From Alphaproteobacteria bacterium (GTDB taxonomy: Bacteria > Pseudomonadota > Alphaproteobacteria > Rs-D84), in the NCBI GenBank assembly GCA_017960855.1, contig JAGCYJ010000010.1:8098-72097 (forward strand): a stretch of DNA of 64,000 nucleotides. The letters are read 5' to 3'. Made by a program: the position numbers and the translations under genes. Below the pieces are notes generated by a model. That model worked only from the letters and a program-made list of their open reading frames with translations. It was not told the DNA's origin and made no database searches. Below, piece by piece: positions 18,099 to 29,053 of this stretch. Each line of letters opens with the position of its first letter. Position 1 is the first letter of the stretch.

Positions 18099-19034
18099 TT
18101 ACACCATAGATTCTAAACGCGAAATGCGTTTTTCGGTTGATGGATGGGTGGAAAACACGTCGCCCATAAACCCGCGTGCGCGTGGTTCGGCAATGCAAGC
18201 GATTGCAAGTGAACGCATGTTGTCCAGTTTTTTACTGCGGCTGTTGCCACTTATTTTACGCAACGCATTGGCAAGTCCCATTGGGTTGCGCGTAATTTTT
18301 GCGCCGGTCGCATCTGCGGCATATTCGCGACTGCGCGACACCGCCAGTTGCAACAGTGGGGTAATAATCGTATTAAATACTGTAAATGCCAGCCACACCA
18401 TCAGCATGACCATACCAGATTTATTATCGTCATTGTCGCGGTTGCCCCCGCCATAAATCGCAACACGATAAATCAAATCAGCGGCAAAAACAGTCACGCC
18501 AATACCAGTGATAATCAGCATATCAAGACGAATGTCGCGGTTGCCAATATGTGCGCATTCGTGGGCAATTACCCCCTCCAGCTCCAGTCTGTCCAACTTC
18601 TTGATAATACCGCGGGTCAGGGCGACCGAAGCGTCGCGTGGTGTGCGCCCCGTCGCGAACGCATTTAATGAATCATCATCAATAATATAAATGCGTGGAC
18701 ACGGTAATCCCGCCGCCAGCGCAACATTTTCCACCGCGTGAAAAACTTCGCGATATTGCGGGTCTGTGTCATGAATTTCATGCGCGCCAGTTGCGGACAG
18801 CATCATTGCATCGCCAAATGCCCATGAAATGCCCATCCATATCAAGCACCCGATAAATGTCGGAATTGCCACGCTTATTGTAGTATTTATTGCGTCATTA
18901 ATTGGCACCACGCACCAAGTGAATAAAAACACCAGCGCGATAAAAATCAACGGAAACAGCAGAACCAACACAGCGGTCTTTACATTGTTTTGATGAATAT
19001 GGTCATAAACTGTTTTCTTTTTCGGCATATCCAA
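18099..19034 (-). CDS. htpX: M48-family zinc metalloprotease (HtpX-like)
   Basis: HECAHI (HExxH) motif, four TM segments and a C-terminal STHPS..RI. Confidence 0.85.
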   Translation of the reverse strand: MDMPKKKTVYDHIHQNNVKTAVLVLLFPLIFIALVFLFTWCVVPINDAINTTISVAIPTFIGCLIWMGISWAFGDAMMLSATGAHEIHDTDPQYREVFHAVENVALAAGLPCPRIYIIDDDSLNAFATGRTPRDASVALTRGIIKKLDRLELEGVIAHECAHIGNRDIRLDMLIITGIGVTVFAADLIYRVAIYGGGNRDNDDNKSGMVMLMVWLAFTVFNTIITPLLQLAVSRSREYAADATGAKITRNPMGLANALRKISGNSRSKKLDNMRSLAIACIAEPRARGFMGDVFSTHPSTEKRISRLESMV

Positions 19035-19114
19035 CCCTTTACAGTGCCATTATTAAACAATTTGAAAACAATGTCATGAAAAATATTTAGAAATATGATA
19101 TAATATTATCCAAG

Positions 19115-19993
19115 ATGAAAAAAACGATATTCGGTTTTATCGGCATTGCGTGCGTCGGCGGTTTTGCGGCTGCCAACGGGGGGGACAGTTTGCTGAAACC
19201 CGTATCTTTTCCAACAACCTCTACAGATGCTTCGTTTATTGAACGGCTTAGTATATCGTATGACGGTTATTTGCCTTATGAATCAGAGTATGATTCAAGT
19301 GGCGCATGTATTTCAAATTGTGCGTACATGGGTATAACATTAGATGATGCAATAAAAGATATCAATATCGCAGAACAGCAAGCACAAAGCGCATTACAGG
19401 AATATAGTAATTCTGACGAAGAAGTGGCAGAATATGGTGGCGTTTTGGACGAGTATTTTGATGAACAAGTGCAAGATATTCAGCTTGAAAATATGGCCAC
19501 CCATGGTACATCTGCATCAGGCGCAATCCGAACATGTACTGATTTTATAGACACTGTTCCAAGTGATCAAATTGTACCGCTTGGCGATCCATTCCCTGTA
19601 TTATACAGGATATCATCAAGTTTTAGCCCAAGACGTTTGAATCCAGTCACACACACATATTTGCCACATAATGGTACAGACCTTGCTGCGCCACAGGGAA
19701 CAAAAGTATATACGGTTGCCAGTGGAAAAGTTGTCGCATCTTGGTTTGATAGAACCTGTGGTAATGGCGTAAAAATAGTGCATGATGATAAAAGATATCA
19801 AACAGCATATTGTCATTTATCCGAACGTTTGGTCAGAACGGGTGACACTGTTTCTGCGGGTTGTGTAATCGGTCGTGTTGGATCCACAGGGCGTTCAACC
19901 GGACCACACCTGCATTATATCGTTTATTTTTGGTCTAATGGAAAATACGTGCCAATCAACGCAGAAAAAGGGTATTTAACCCCCTGGCGTTAG
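19115..19993 (+). CDS. Secreted M23-family peptidase
   Basis: Signal peptide. HNGTDLAAPQGT.V......GNGVKIVH...YCHLS...GSTGRSTGPHLHY. Confidence 0.85.
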   Translation: MKKTIFGFIGIACVGGFAAANGGDSLLKPVSFPTTSTDASFIERLSISYDGYLPYESEYDSSGACISNCAYMGITLDDAIKDINIAEQQAQSALQEYSNSDEEVAEYGGVLDEYFDEQVQDIQLENMATHGTSASGAIRTCTDFIDTVPSDQIVPLGDPFPVLYRISSSFSPRRLNPVTHTYLPHNGTDLAAPQGTKVYTVASGKVVASWFDRTCGNGVKIVHDDKRYQTAYCHLSERLVRTGDTVSAGCVIGRVGSTGRSTGPHLHYIVYFWSNGKYVPINAEKGYLTPWR

Positions 19994-20364
19994 TTCTTTT
20001 TCTTGTGATGAAATCTTACAAAAAAACTGCCGTTATTTATAGGGCGAAAATCAATTATATATGGTGTTAAAACGCCTTCGTGCGCCCATTTTGGAAACAA
20101 TTGATGCAAAACACCACTGGCACCGGTAATTATATTCGCACTGCGTGCGCCCGACGTGGCAACTGACATTATGTCGGCCCACGCTTCTTCTACTGTTTTA
20201 TTGTGTAAATCAAGTACGATGTGTTCGGGGGTTGGTTCTGCGGGTTGTGGTATGCGTTTTGACAATTTAAGTTCGCCACGCACCGCGCGTTTTGTAGCAT
20301 TGTCGTCGGGTGTGTATTCCGCGCCAACCATATTCAAAATATCTTCGTCTGATAATTGTTTCAT
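19990..20364 (-). CDS. Smr-domain protein
   Basis: LDLHNKTVEEAW......ANIITGASG matches the Smr LDLHG...A / GxG pattern. Confidence 0.65.
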   Translation of the reverse strand: MKQLSDEDILNMVGAEYTPDDNATKRAVRGELKLSKRIPQPAEPTPEHIVLDLHNKTVEEAWADIMSVATSGARSANIITGASGVLHQLFPKWAHEGVLTPYIIDFRPINNGSFFVRFHHKKKN

Positions 20365-20403
20365 AATTTAATAATACAACATATATTTATCGGGGCAATA
20401 AAA

Positions 20404-20425
20404 AACGCCCCGCGGGGCGTTTTAT
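20404..20425 (-). terminator. Intrinsic terminator after rlpA
   Basis: aacgcccc-gc-ggggcgtt with flanking A/T runs. Confidence 0.55.
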
Positions 20426-20444
20426 TTGAATGTAAGAATTGAGA

Positions 20445-21305
20445 TTAAATGCTGTCTGCATTTATCCAGCGACCGTTCTTTAACAAGCCCGGTGCCATAC
20501 CTTCGCTGCTACGCAGGGCATCAATTACACCACGTGCCTTTGGCGCATCCAGGTTTTCAATACGAACTTTGTACATGTCGCCTTCGTGGATGACTTGGGC
20601 ATCACCATATGCACGCATACGTGCCGCCAACGCATTCGCGCTGTCTTGTGCATAGAATGCAGCGACTTGGACACTGTAATCGCCAGATGTTGCAACTGGT
20701 GCCGGTTGTACAGGTTCCGCCGCAACTGGTTCCGCAGCCGGTGCACCCGTTGTACCGATTGTTGCATTTTTTACAGCAATAGATTCATCAGCCAAAACTT
20801 GTACTTGAACCTTGGCTGTGCCGTTCATGCCAATACGTGCCGCCGCCGCTGGAGACAAGTCCATAATACGTGTATTTACAAATGGACCACGATTATTCAC
20901 ACGAACAACAACGGATTGACCGTTATCCATATTTGTGACGCGTGCGATTGTCGGCAAAGGCAATGTTTTGCTGGTCGCTGCCATTTGTGTAATATCAAAT
21001 GTTTCGCCGTTGCTTGTTTTTGTGCCGTTCAATTCTGCTGGAACGATACCCGCAACACCGGTTTGATTGTATGTTAAATCTTCTGCTGGGATGTATTGAA
21101 CATCTTCGACTTTATATGCATTACCAATGTAATATCTTGGTGCAGCCGATAACAAATACGCATTATTCAATGTTTGTTCGGCGGATTCTGTCGTCAGTGT
21201 TTCTTCGCCGAAACCATCAGAACCATAACCAGCACCATTCTGCTGTGATGTGGCGCATCCGGCCAATATAGCGGCCAAAGCCGCCAATGAAACTAGTTTT
21301 TTCAT
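20445..21305 (-). CDS. rlpA: Septal-ring lytic transglycosylase RlpA-family lipoprotein with a C-terminal SPOR domain
   Basis: Lipobox ILAGC after MKKLVS (start 21305 rather than 21356). DPBB region ...TSNGE.FD....AATSKTLPLPT.ARVTN..NG.SVVVRVNNRGPF. SPOR-like YSVQVAAF....A..LA. Confidence 0.85.
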   Translation of the reverse strand: MKKLVSLAALAAILAGCATSQQNGAGYGSDGFGEETLTTESAEQTLNNAYLLSAAPRYYIGNAYKVEDVQYIPAEDLTYNQTGVAGIVPAELNGTKTSNGETFDITQMAATSKTLPLPTIARVTNMDNGQSVVVRVNNRGPFVNTRIMDLSPAAAARIGMNGTAKVQVQVLADESIAVKNATIGTTGAPAAEPVAAEPVQPAPVATSGDYSVQVAAFYAQDSANALAARMRAYGDAQVIHEGDMYKVRIENLDAPKARGVIDALRSSEGMAPGLLKNGRWINADSI

Positions 21306-21373
21306 GTGTGGACTCCTTACATTCTTATAAATTGATTTTATCATATAAGAATCCAAGTTTCAACTTTATTTTG

Positions 21374-22840
21374 CTATTTTATTTTTCGGTCAATGATATA
21401 TGCCAATGGCAGATAGATAATTCCATAACCGGCAATCGCCACACCCAACATCCAGATAGATGTAATTGGAACGAACCATAACCCAACGCCCAATGCCACC
21501 GACAGCACGACAAATGCCGCAATCGCGCGCAAAGTGCGACCATCTGTTTTCCATAAACCGCGGGTGCGACATGCGCGTCCCAAAAGGTAGTTTTTCAAAT
21601 AGCCACTTATGACAACACCAATCGGAATTGCCAAATAGCCGACAAACGGGAACAAAACCAAATACATTATGGATGCGGCACCCAATGAAATCATACTGGT
21701 ACGCACAGGCGTCTTCACATCTTGGGTGGCGTATAGTGTTTTACTGTAAATCTGGCTGACCAACATGGCGGGCAACACAAAGATTTGAATCATAATCGCG
21801 ATTGCAACGGCGTGTGTTGATTCTGCGGTCCATGCGCCATATTGAAACAGATACTTGATAATCGGTTCCGCCAACACAAACAGCCCAACCAAGCAGGGCA
21901 TAATCAGCATTAAACCGCGCCGCATAGAAGAGTTTTGTTGAATATGGACACTGCGCATATTATTTTCAGCCAACGCATTTGATATTGACGACATCAGAAC
22001 GGTTCCCACCGCCAAGCCAATCATGGCAAATGGCAACTGGACAATACGGTCGGAATAATACAACCATGAAACAGCACCGCTTTCAAAACTAGCGACCAGT
22101 GTTCCCAATATAATTGTGATTTGATAGAATCCACTGCCGACAATACTGATGCCGAAACGTCCAAACATACTTTTAATCTGGGGTGTCCATTTCGGTATAA
22201 TAAGGCGCAATCCAAAATGGCGACGACGCACACGTAACCACAGCACACCGAACTGTATAACACCGGATAATAAAACCGTTCCTGCCATAATAAACAATGC
22301 GGTTGTTCCTGCGCCCATATACATTGCCAACAACAAAGCGCAAATCAGCATAATGTTCAGCAACACCGGCATAAATGCGGCAAGTAAGAATCTTGAAAAC
22401 GCATTCAAAACCGCCGACAAAAATGCCGCACCACAAATGAATATGACATAGAAGAACATGATGCGCGATATTGTGACGGTCAACTGCATTTTACCCGGAT
22501 CCGCATCAAAGCCAGGCGCCAAAATCCAAATTACCAACGGCATAAATATTTCAAATAATATTGTTATCCCCAGCAATACGACCATAAGCCATGAAAACAC
22601 GTTCTTGGCAAAACTTTCGTCCTTTTTAGAATCAGCATACATAGGAATAAATATTGCAGACAGCGCGCCTTCGCCCAACAAATCGCGAAAAAGGTTCGGT
22701 AATTTAAATGCGGCCAAGAATATGTCCGACAATCGCCCCGCACCCAAAACACGCGCAATCAACATGTCGCGCACGAACCCAAAAATACGACTGATGCCAG
22801 TCATGGCACCAACCCCGAAAATATGTTTGCCTAATCTCAT
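21374..22840 (-). CDS. murJ: Lipid II flippase MurJ (MviN)
   Basis: N-terminus ...GISRIFGFVRDMLIARVLGAG..SD.F..AFKLPNLFR.L..EGALS..FIP and a polytopic membrane profile. Confidence 0.9.
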   Translation of the reverse strand: MRLGKHIFGVGAMTGISRIFGFVRDMLIARVLGAGRLSDIFLAAFKLPNLFRDLLGEGALSAIFIPMYADSKKDESFAKNVFSWLMVVLLGITILFEIFMPLVIWILAPGFDADPGKMQLTVTISRIMFFYVIFICGAAFLSAVLNAFSRFLLAAFMPVLLNIMLICALLLAMYMGAGTTALFIMAGTVLLSGVIQFGVLWLRVRRRHFGLRLIIPKWTPQIKSMFGRFGISIVGSGFYQITIILGTLVASFESGAVSWLYYSDRIVQLPFAMIGLAVGTVLMSSISNALAENNMRSVHIQQNSSMRRGLMLIMPCLVGLFVLAEPIIKYLFQYGAWTAESTHAVAIAIMIQIFVLPAMLVSQIYSKTLYATQDVKTPVRTSMISLGAASIMYLVLFPFVGYLAIPIGVVISGYLKNYLLGRACRTRGLWKTDGRTLRAIAAFVVLSVALGVGLWFVPITSIWMLGVAIAGYGIIYLPLAYIIDRKIK

Positions 22841-22894
22841 AAGTTTTATTATACTCCCCTTTGAAAGATAAAATCAAGACAGGAATAAAACGAA

Positions 22895-23617
22895 ATGAAA
22901 AGATTGGTTTTTGCGTTGTGTGCGCTGGTGGTGTTGGCGGGCTGTAATGGTTCAAGTGTCAAGGTTGTACCGGAACAGGCGTTGCCGGACATTTACGAAG
23001 AAGCGTACAAGGAATTCAAGAAAGAACATTACGAAGTTGCTGCGGAAAAGTTCGCATTGGCTGAAACGCAATATCCGGCAAGTCCATGGGCGGCGGATGC
23101 GCTGATTATGTCGGCATATTCACACTATATGGACGAAGATTTTGCTGGCGCGATTATGGTTGCCGATCGGTTTATGCGTTTCCATCCGGGACACACCGAT
23201 GTGCCGTACGTCTTGTACCTGCGTGGTATGTGCTATTATCGCCAGGTAAGTGATGTCCGTCGTGAACCTGGTATGTCGGTCTATGCGTTGAACCAGTTTC
23301 AACAACTGGTTGACCGTTTCCCCAACAGCGAATATGCCAAGAACGCGAAAAACAAAATCGTCATCTTGAAAAACTATATCGCGGGCAAGATTATGTATGC
23401 GGCACGCAACGATATGGCGGCGCAGAATTGGCCAAGTGCGATTACACGTTTCCAATCGGTCATTACCGATGCCCAAGAAACAGTGATGACTGCCGAAGCG
23501 TTGTACAGATTGACCGAATGCTATACTGCGATTGGTTTGCCAGAACAGGCGGCCGGCTATGCCGAAATGTTGCGCAAGAATTTCCCAGATAATGAATGGA
23601 CAAAGAAATTGAAATAA
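22895..23617 (+). CDS. bamD: Outer-membrane protein assembly factor BamD (YfiO)
   Basis: Lipobox VLAGC. TPR-like ...Y..A...F......YP.S.WA.DA......Y.......A......F...HP.H. Confidence 0.85.
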   Translation: MKRLVFALCALVVLAGCNGSSVKVVPEQALPDIYEEAYKEFKKEHYEVAAEKFALAETQYPASPWAADALIMSAYSHYMDEDFAGAIMVADRFMRFHPGHTDVPYVLYLRGMCYYRQVSDVRREPGMSVYALNQFQQLVDRFPNSEYAKNAKNKIVILKNYIAGKIMYAARNDMAAQNWPSAITRFQSVITDAQETVMTAEALYRLTECYTAIGLPEQAAGYAEMLRKNFPDNEWTKKLK

Positions 23618-23620
23618 AAA

Positions 23621-23645
23621 ACCGCCCAATCGGGCGGTTCTTTAA
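23621..23645. terminator. Bidirectional terminator (ACCGCCC-AATC-GGGCGGT)
   Basis: Same stem-loop sequence as at 323-340. Lies between the convergent bamD and deaminase genes. Confidence 0.6.
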
Positions 23646-24172
23646 TGCTGTTTTCCCATTAGAGTTTTTGTTTTTGCCAAAATATTTGCGTTCACAATGT
23701 CGCGGTTTAATTCCATTGTTTTTACACCGGCTTCGCGAAACATTTCAAACGAATTGACCACTGTTTCACGCCAGTTACCGACAGATTGAACGTTTGTTGC
23801 ATCAACGGGGGGTGCCATGAAATAAACCTGTTTTATACCCGATTGAATGATTGCGCGGGCACAGTCGGCACATGGTGGCATTGTCACATACATGGTGCAA
23901 CCCTTTAAAGTTGTGCCACACAGGCACGCGTTATAAACTGCGTTTCGTTCGGCATGTTCATAGAAAGCATATTTAGTTGGGCGTGTTTGGCGGTATGCAA
24001 CATTATCATCAACACCGCGCGGAAAACCGTTATATCCTTGGGCGCGAATTTCTTTATCGGGACCAACAACGATACAGCCAACTTTTGTACTTGGATCCTT
24101 GGACCAGGTGGATATATGCAATGCCAATTCCATAAATTGATAATTCCATTTATCAGTAAAAACATTATCCAT
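23642..24172 (-). CDS. dCMP/cytidine deaminase-family zinc enzyme (ComEB-like)
   Basis: HAERNAV ... PCADCARAI zinc-binding motifs. Confidence 0.85.
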   Translation of the reverse strand: MDNVFTDKWNYQFMELALHISTWSKDPSTKVGCIVVGPDKEIRAQGYNGFPRGVDDNVAYRQTRPTKYAFYEHAERNAVYNACLCGTTLKGCTMYVTMPPCADCARAIIQSGIKQVYFMAPPVDATNVQSVGNWRETVVNSFEMFREAGVKTMELNRDIVNANILAKTKTLMGKQH

Positions 24173-24273
24173 AATTTCTGCCTTTTTACTTTGTGTATGA
24201 CCAGCATAGAATATTTGCGTGGGTTTTCAAGGTTTTTTGTTGCCTTTCGTAAATGGTGTGCTATGTTTTAAGT

Positions 24274-25164
24274 ATGACTAAAACATACAGTGGTTTTATT
24301 GCGATAATTGGCCCAACAAACGCGGGCAAAAGCACCCTGATTAACCAAATCATGGGGCGCAAGGTGTCAATCGTGTCGCACAAGGTGCAAACAACGCGAA
24401 CACGTCTGCGTGCCGTAAAGATGGTGGGCGCGCGCCAGTTGATATTTGTGGACACCCCTGGTGTGTTCAAGCCAAAGCGCAGATTAGACAGGGCAATGGT
24501 TGGTGCCGCAATGGATGCGACCGCGGATGCGGATGCGATTTTATTGCTGGTTGATGCAACGCATGGCATAACCGACACAATTCGCGATTTGGTTGCGCGG
24601 GTGCGTGAACATAAAAATCTGTTTGTGGCATTGAACAAGGTTGATGCGGTTAAAAAGCCGGATTTGTTGCCGATTGTTGATGAATTATCTCGCATGGCAG
24701 ATTTTCGTGAAATCTTTATGATTTCTGCGTTGAAAAATGACGGCATAAAGCAAATGTTGGATGCATTGGCATCTGTTATGCCGGAATCTCCATATCTGTT
24801 TGATGCCGCGGATGCGACCGATGTGCCGGACTTGTTATATTTGGCGGAATTGACACGCGAAAAGATTTACAAATATGTTCATGCCGAATTGCCTTATCAC
24901 ATTAATGTTGTGACTGAACGGGTTGAAACGGCGGACGATGGTGTATTGGAAATCTATCAAAAAATCGCGGTGCAAAACGAAGCACACAAAAAGATTGTTA
25001 TTGGTCGGGGCGGGGCACAGTTAAAACAGATTGGCACCGCCGCCCGTCATGATATCCAAGACCAGTGGGGTGTAAATGCGCGTTTGCACCTGTTTGTGCG
25101 GGTTGAACCAAATTGGGAAGAAACTGCCGAAAATTACACTGACCAAGGGTTAGAGTTCAAGTAA
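24274..25164 (+). CDS. era: GTPase Era
   Basis: G1 motif GPTNAGKST, DTPG, NKVD and a C-terminal KH domain. Start chosen at MTKTYSGF. Confidence 0.93.
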   Translation: MTKTYSGFIAIIGPTNAGKSTLINQIMGRKVSIVSHKVQTTRTRLRAVKMVGARQLIFVDTPGVFKPKRRLDRAMVGAAMDATADADAILLLVDATHGITDTIRDLVARVREHKNLFVALNKVDAVKKPDLLPIVDELSRMADFREIFMISALKNDGIKQMLDALASVMPESPYLFDAADATDVPDLLYLAELTREKIYKYVHAELPYHINVVTERVETADDGVLEIYQKIAVQNEAHKKIVIGRGGAQLKQIGTAARHDIQDQWGVNARLHLFVRVEPNWEETAENYTDQGLEFK

Positions 25165-25177
25165 GGATATTTTTAAG

Positions 25178-25615
25178 ATGGTAGATAAAAAGAAATCAGG
25201 TAATGACACTTATATTATCGCGGCCTTGGTTATGGGTATTGTGCTTACTGTGGTGTTGTGTAATATGATAACGACCGCCATAGATAAAAAATCTACTAAA
25301 AGGGCACAAGTGGAAAATCCCGCAGATTACGATACTGGTGTTATTCGTGTAAAGAAAGACAGCACAATTTATCTTAGTCCGATTGATGGGACATTAGTAT
25401 TTCGTAAAATAGATTTTCGTCAGTTGCCACCGGAAAAAAGGCAAATGTATGGGTATATGGACGTTGGCGACACTTTAACTTACTATAATCCGAAACACGA
25501 TATTGAATTAAGCGATAACGGAATATTTGTACTTAGAAAGTTGGTGCTGAAAGATCCCCAGATTCCAAGGGATTTACAAATCTTAGCAATACAACGCGAA
25601 GCAGGACAAAGGTAA
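25178..25615 (+). CDS. Small membrane-anchored protein, tandem paralog 1 of 3
   Basis: N-terminal TM. G(V/I)(I/V)R.KKDS.(I/L)Y(L/V)SP..(D/G)TLV.RKI ... GDT(L/I).(Y/F)YNP ... (I/L)Q(R)EA.Q(R/K) is shared with the next ORF. Confidence 0.6.
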   Translation: MVDKKKSGNDTYIIAALVMGIVLTVVLCNMITTAIDKKSTKRAQVENPADYDTGVIRVKKDSTIYLSPIDGTLVFRKIDFRQLPPEKRQMYGYMDVGDTLTYYNPKHDIELSDNGIFVLRKLVLKDPQIPRDLQILAIQREAGQR

Positions 25616-25619
25616 AACA

Positions 25620-26018
25620 ATGAAAAAAGAAACTTTTCAATTAGTTGGATACAGTGCGCTGATTGCGCTTATGATTGCTGGTTTTGCTTTTTCTGGTGCT
25701 GTCGAAGATGCTAAATATGAAGAAGGTATAGTTCGCGCCAAAAAAGATAGTGCGCTTTATGTTTCTCCGTTGAATGATACATTGGTTGGACGCAAGATAG
25801 TACTTAATGATGAACGCACACAAAGTTATAAAGCATATGAAACTATCCAGATTGGCGATACAATAAAATTTTATAATCCAAGTGATAATCTTGTTGTAAA
25901 TGGAAAATATTCATATAGTGATATGAAGGTGAATAATAAGAATATAGAAGAAGCGATGGAGCAGTTTAATAAAACAAAACAGTTACAACAGATTCAACGC
26001 GAAGCACGTCAAAAATAA
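25620..26018 (+). CDS. Small membrane-anchored protein, tandem paralog 2 of 3
   Basis: Colinear similarity to 25178..25615, with a 4-nt gap from the previous stop. Confidence 0.6.
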   Translation: MKKETFQLVGYSALIALMIAGFAFSGAVEDAKYEEGIVRAKKDSALYVSPLNDTLVGRKIVLNDERTQSYKAYETIQIGDTIKFYNPSDNLVVNGKYSYSDMKVNNKNIEEAMEQFNKTKQLQQIQREARQK

Positions 26019-26029
26019 ACGGAAAAGAA

Positions 26030-26425
26030 ATGAAAAAAGAAACCTTATTAAAAATTATAATTGCATCAATGATAATTGGGCCGGCGTGTGCAGTTGAACG
26101 CGGTGTTGTTATTGACCGCCAGGGGTTGCCCGAAGAAAATGCATTGTATGTAAACTTGATAAGAAAAAATAAAAAGAAACAAAAACCGTTGCGTATTCCA
26201 GAAAATGGAATATATGACGCAGACAGAAAATTATTCTTTAACGATTCCACATATATTGAACCATTTATATTTGCTTTGCCGGGCGATACAATTTCGTTTT
26301 ATAACCAGTTGCACCAACAATTCATAGAAATGGATTCCAGACGCCGTGTGCGCGATATAAACGGTATTCACGAAGAAACAATTATAGATTATGTCCGTCA
26401 AAACGTGCTGAACCGCGAAAAATAA
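26030..26425 (+). CDS. Small membrane-anchored protein, tandem paralog 3 of 3 (more divergent)
   Basis: Same layout (TM, GDTISFYN motif, basic C-terminus). Its stop overlaps the queA start (TAATG). Confidence 0.55.
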   Translation: MKKETLLKIIIASMIIGPACAVERGVVIDRQGLPEENALYVNLIRKNKKKQKPLRIPENGIYDADRKLFFNDSTYIEPFIFALPGDTISFYNQLHQQFIEMDSRRRVRDINGIHEETIIDYVRQNVLNREK

Positions 26426-27476
26426 TGTTGCACACATCTGATTTCGATTTTGAATTACCCACCGATTTAATCGCATCACACCCATTGGCGCGACGTGATG
26501 CGTCGCGTATGTTGGTGGTTGATGGAACGACGGTGTATGACAAACATATTCGCGACTTCTTGGATTATCTGCAGCCCGGTGATGTCGTGGTGTTTAACAA
26601 TTCGCGCGTTATACCGGCGCGATTCAATGCAACCGACAAAAACAGCACAGTTCACGAAATAACATTACACACCGCAACCGACGAACAACACACTTGGTGG
26701 GGACTTTGCAAAAAGTTTAATAAAATCGCAATCGGTGATGTTTTGAAAATGGACGACGGCACCGAATTGGAAATCGTTGGCATGGACGATGAAAGCGGAC
26801 TAAAAATTACCTTTCATTGCGACAATATTTTTGATGTCTTGAACGCGGTTGGCAAAATGCCGTTGCCACCATATATGAAACGCGAAGAAGAATTAAGCGA
26901 CCGCGAACGTTATCAAACGGTTTATGCCGATCCGATTGGTTCAATGGCGGCACCAACGGCGGGTTTGCACTTTACAAACGAATTGATGAGTGAGATAGAA
27001 CAACGCGGTGCTAAAATTGTCAAGGTGACATTGCATGTTGGGGCGGGGACTTGGATGCCAGTTAAAACCGAAGATTTGAGTCAGCATAAAATGCACAGTG
27101 AATGGTGCCAAATTACACCCGAACAAGCCGACATAATCAACAATGCAAAACGCGTAATTTCGGTTGGAACGACATCCATGCGGACATTGGAAACTGCGGC
27201 AATGGACAACCGTAAATTGCCGACGGACAAGCGCAACAGCAGAATTGTGCCAATTTGTCGCACAACGGACATATTTATTACGCCTGGATATGAATTTGGT
27301 GCGGTGGATGTGTTGCTTACTAACTTTCATTTACCGAAAAGCACATTGTTTATGTTGGTATCTGCGTTTGCTGGACTTGATGAAATGAAGTCCGCTTATG
27401 CCCATGCGGTTGCCGAAAAATATCGTTTCTTTTCATACGGCGATTGCTGTTTGCTGTTCAAAAAGGGTTGCGCGGA

Positions 27477-27480
<4 letters not shown>
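26425..27480 (+). CDS. queA: S-adenosylmethionine:tRNA ribosyltransferase-isomerase
   Basis: N-terminus SDFDFELP.DLIA..P...RD.SR(M)LVV and internal ...APTAGLHFT..L. Confidence 0.93.
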
Positions 27481-28987
<1,507 letters not shown>

Positions 28988-29053
28988 AAATACTGGACAA
29001 AACACCTTGTTGTGCTATTACTGGATTCTGGACACTATGACAAGGATGTAATC

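Noticed and set aside
23120-23629. Sizeable antisense ORFs inside well-supported genes: 23120..23629, 24261..24746, 10157..10699, 10730..11110, 43134..43754, 38376..39083, 35428..35988, 5685..6146, 55691..56203 and 54970..55422.
   Set aside because: Each is fully contained in a gene with clear family motifs on the other strand. They have biased composition (R/C/H-rich or S/A-rich) typical of shadow frames.
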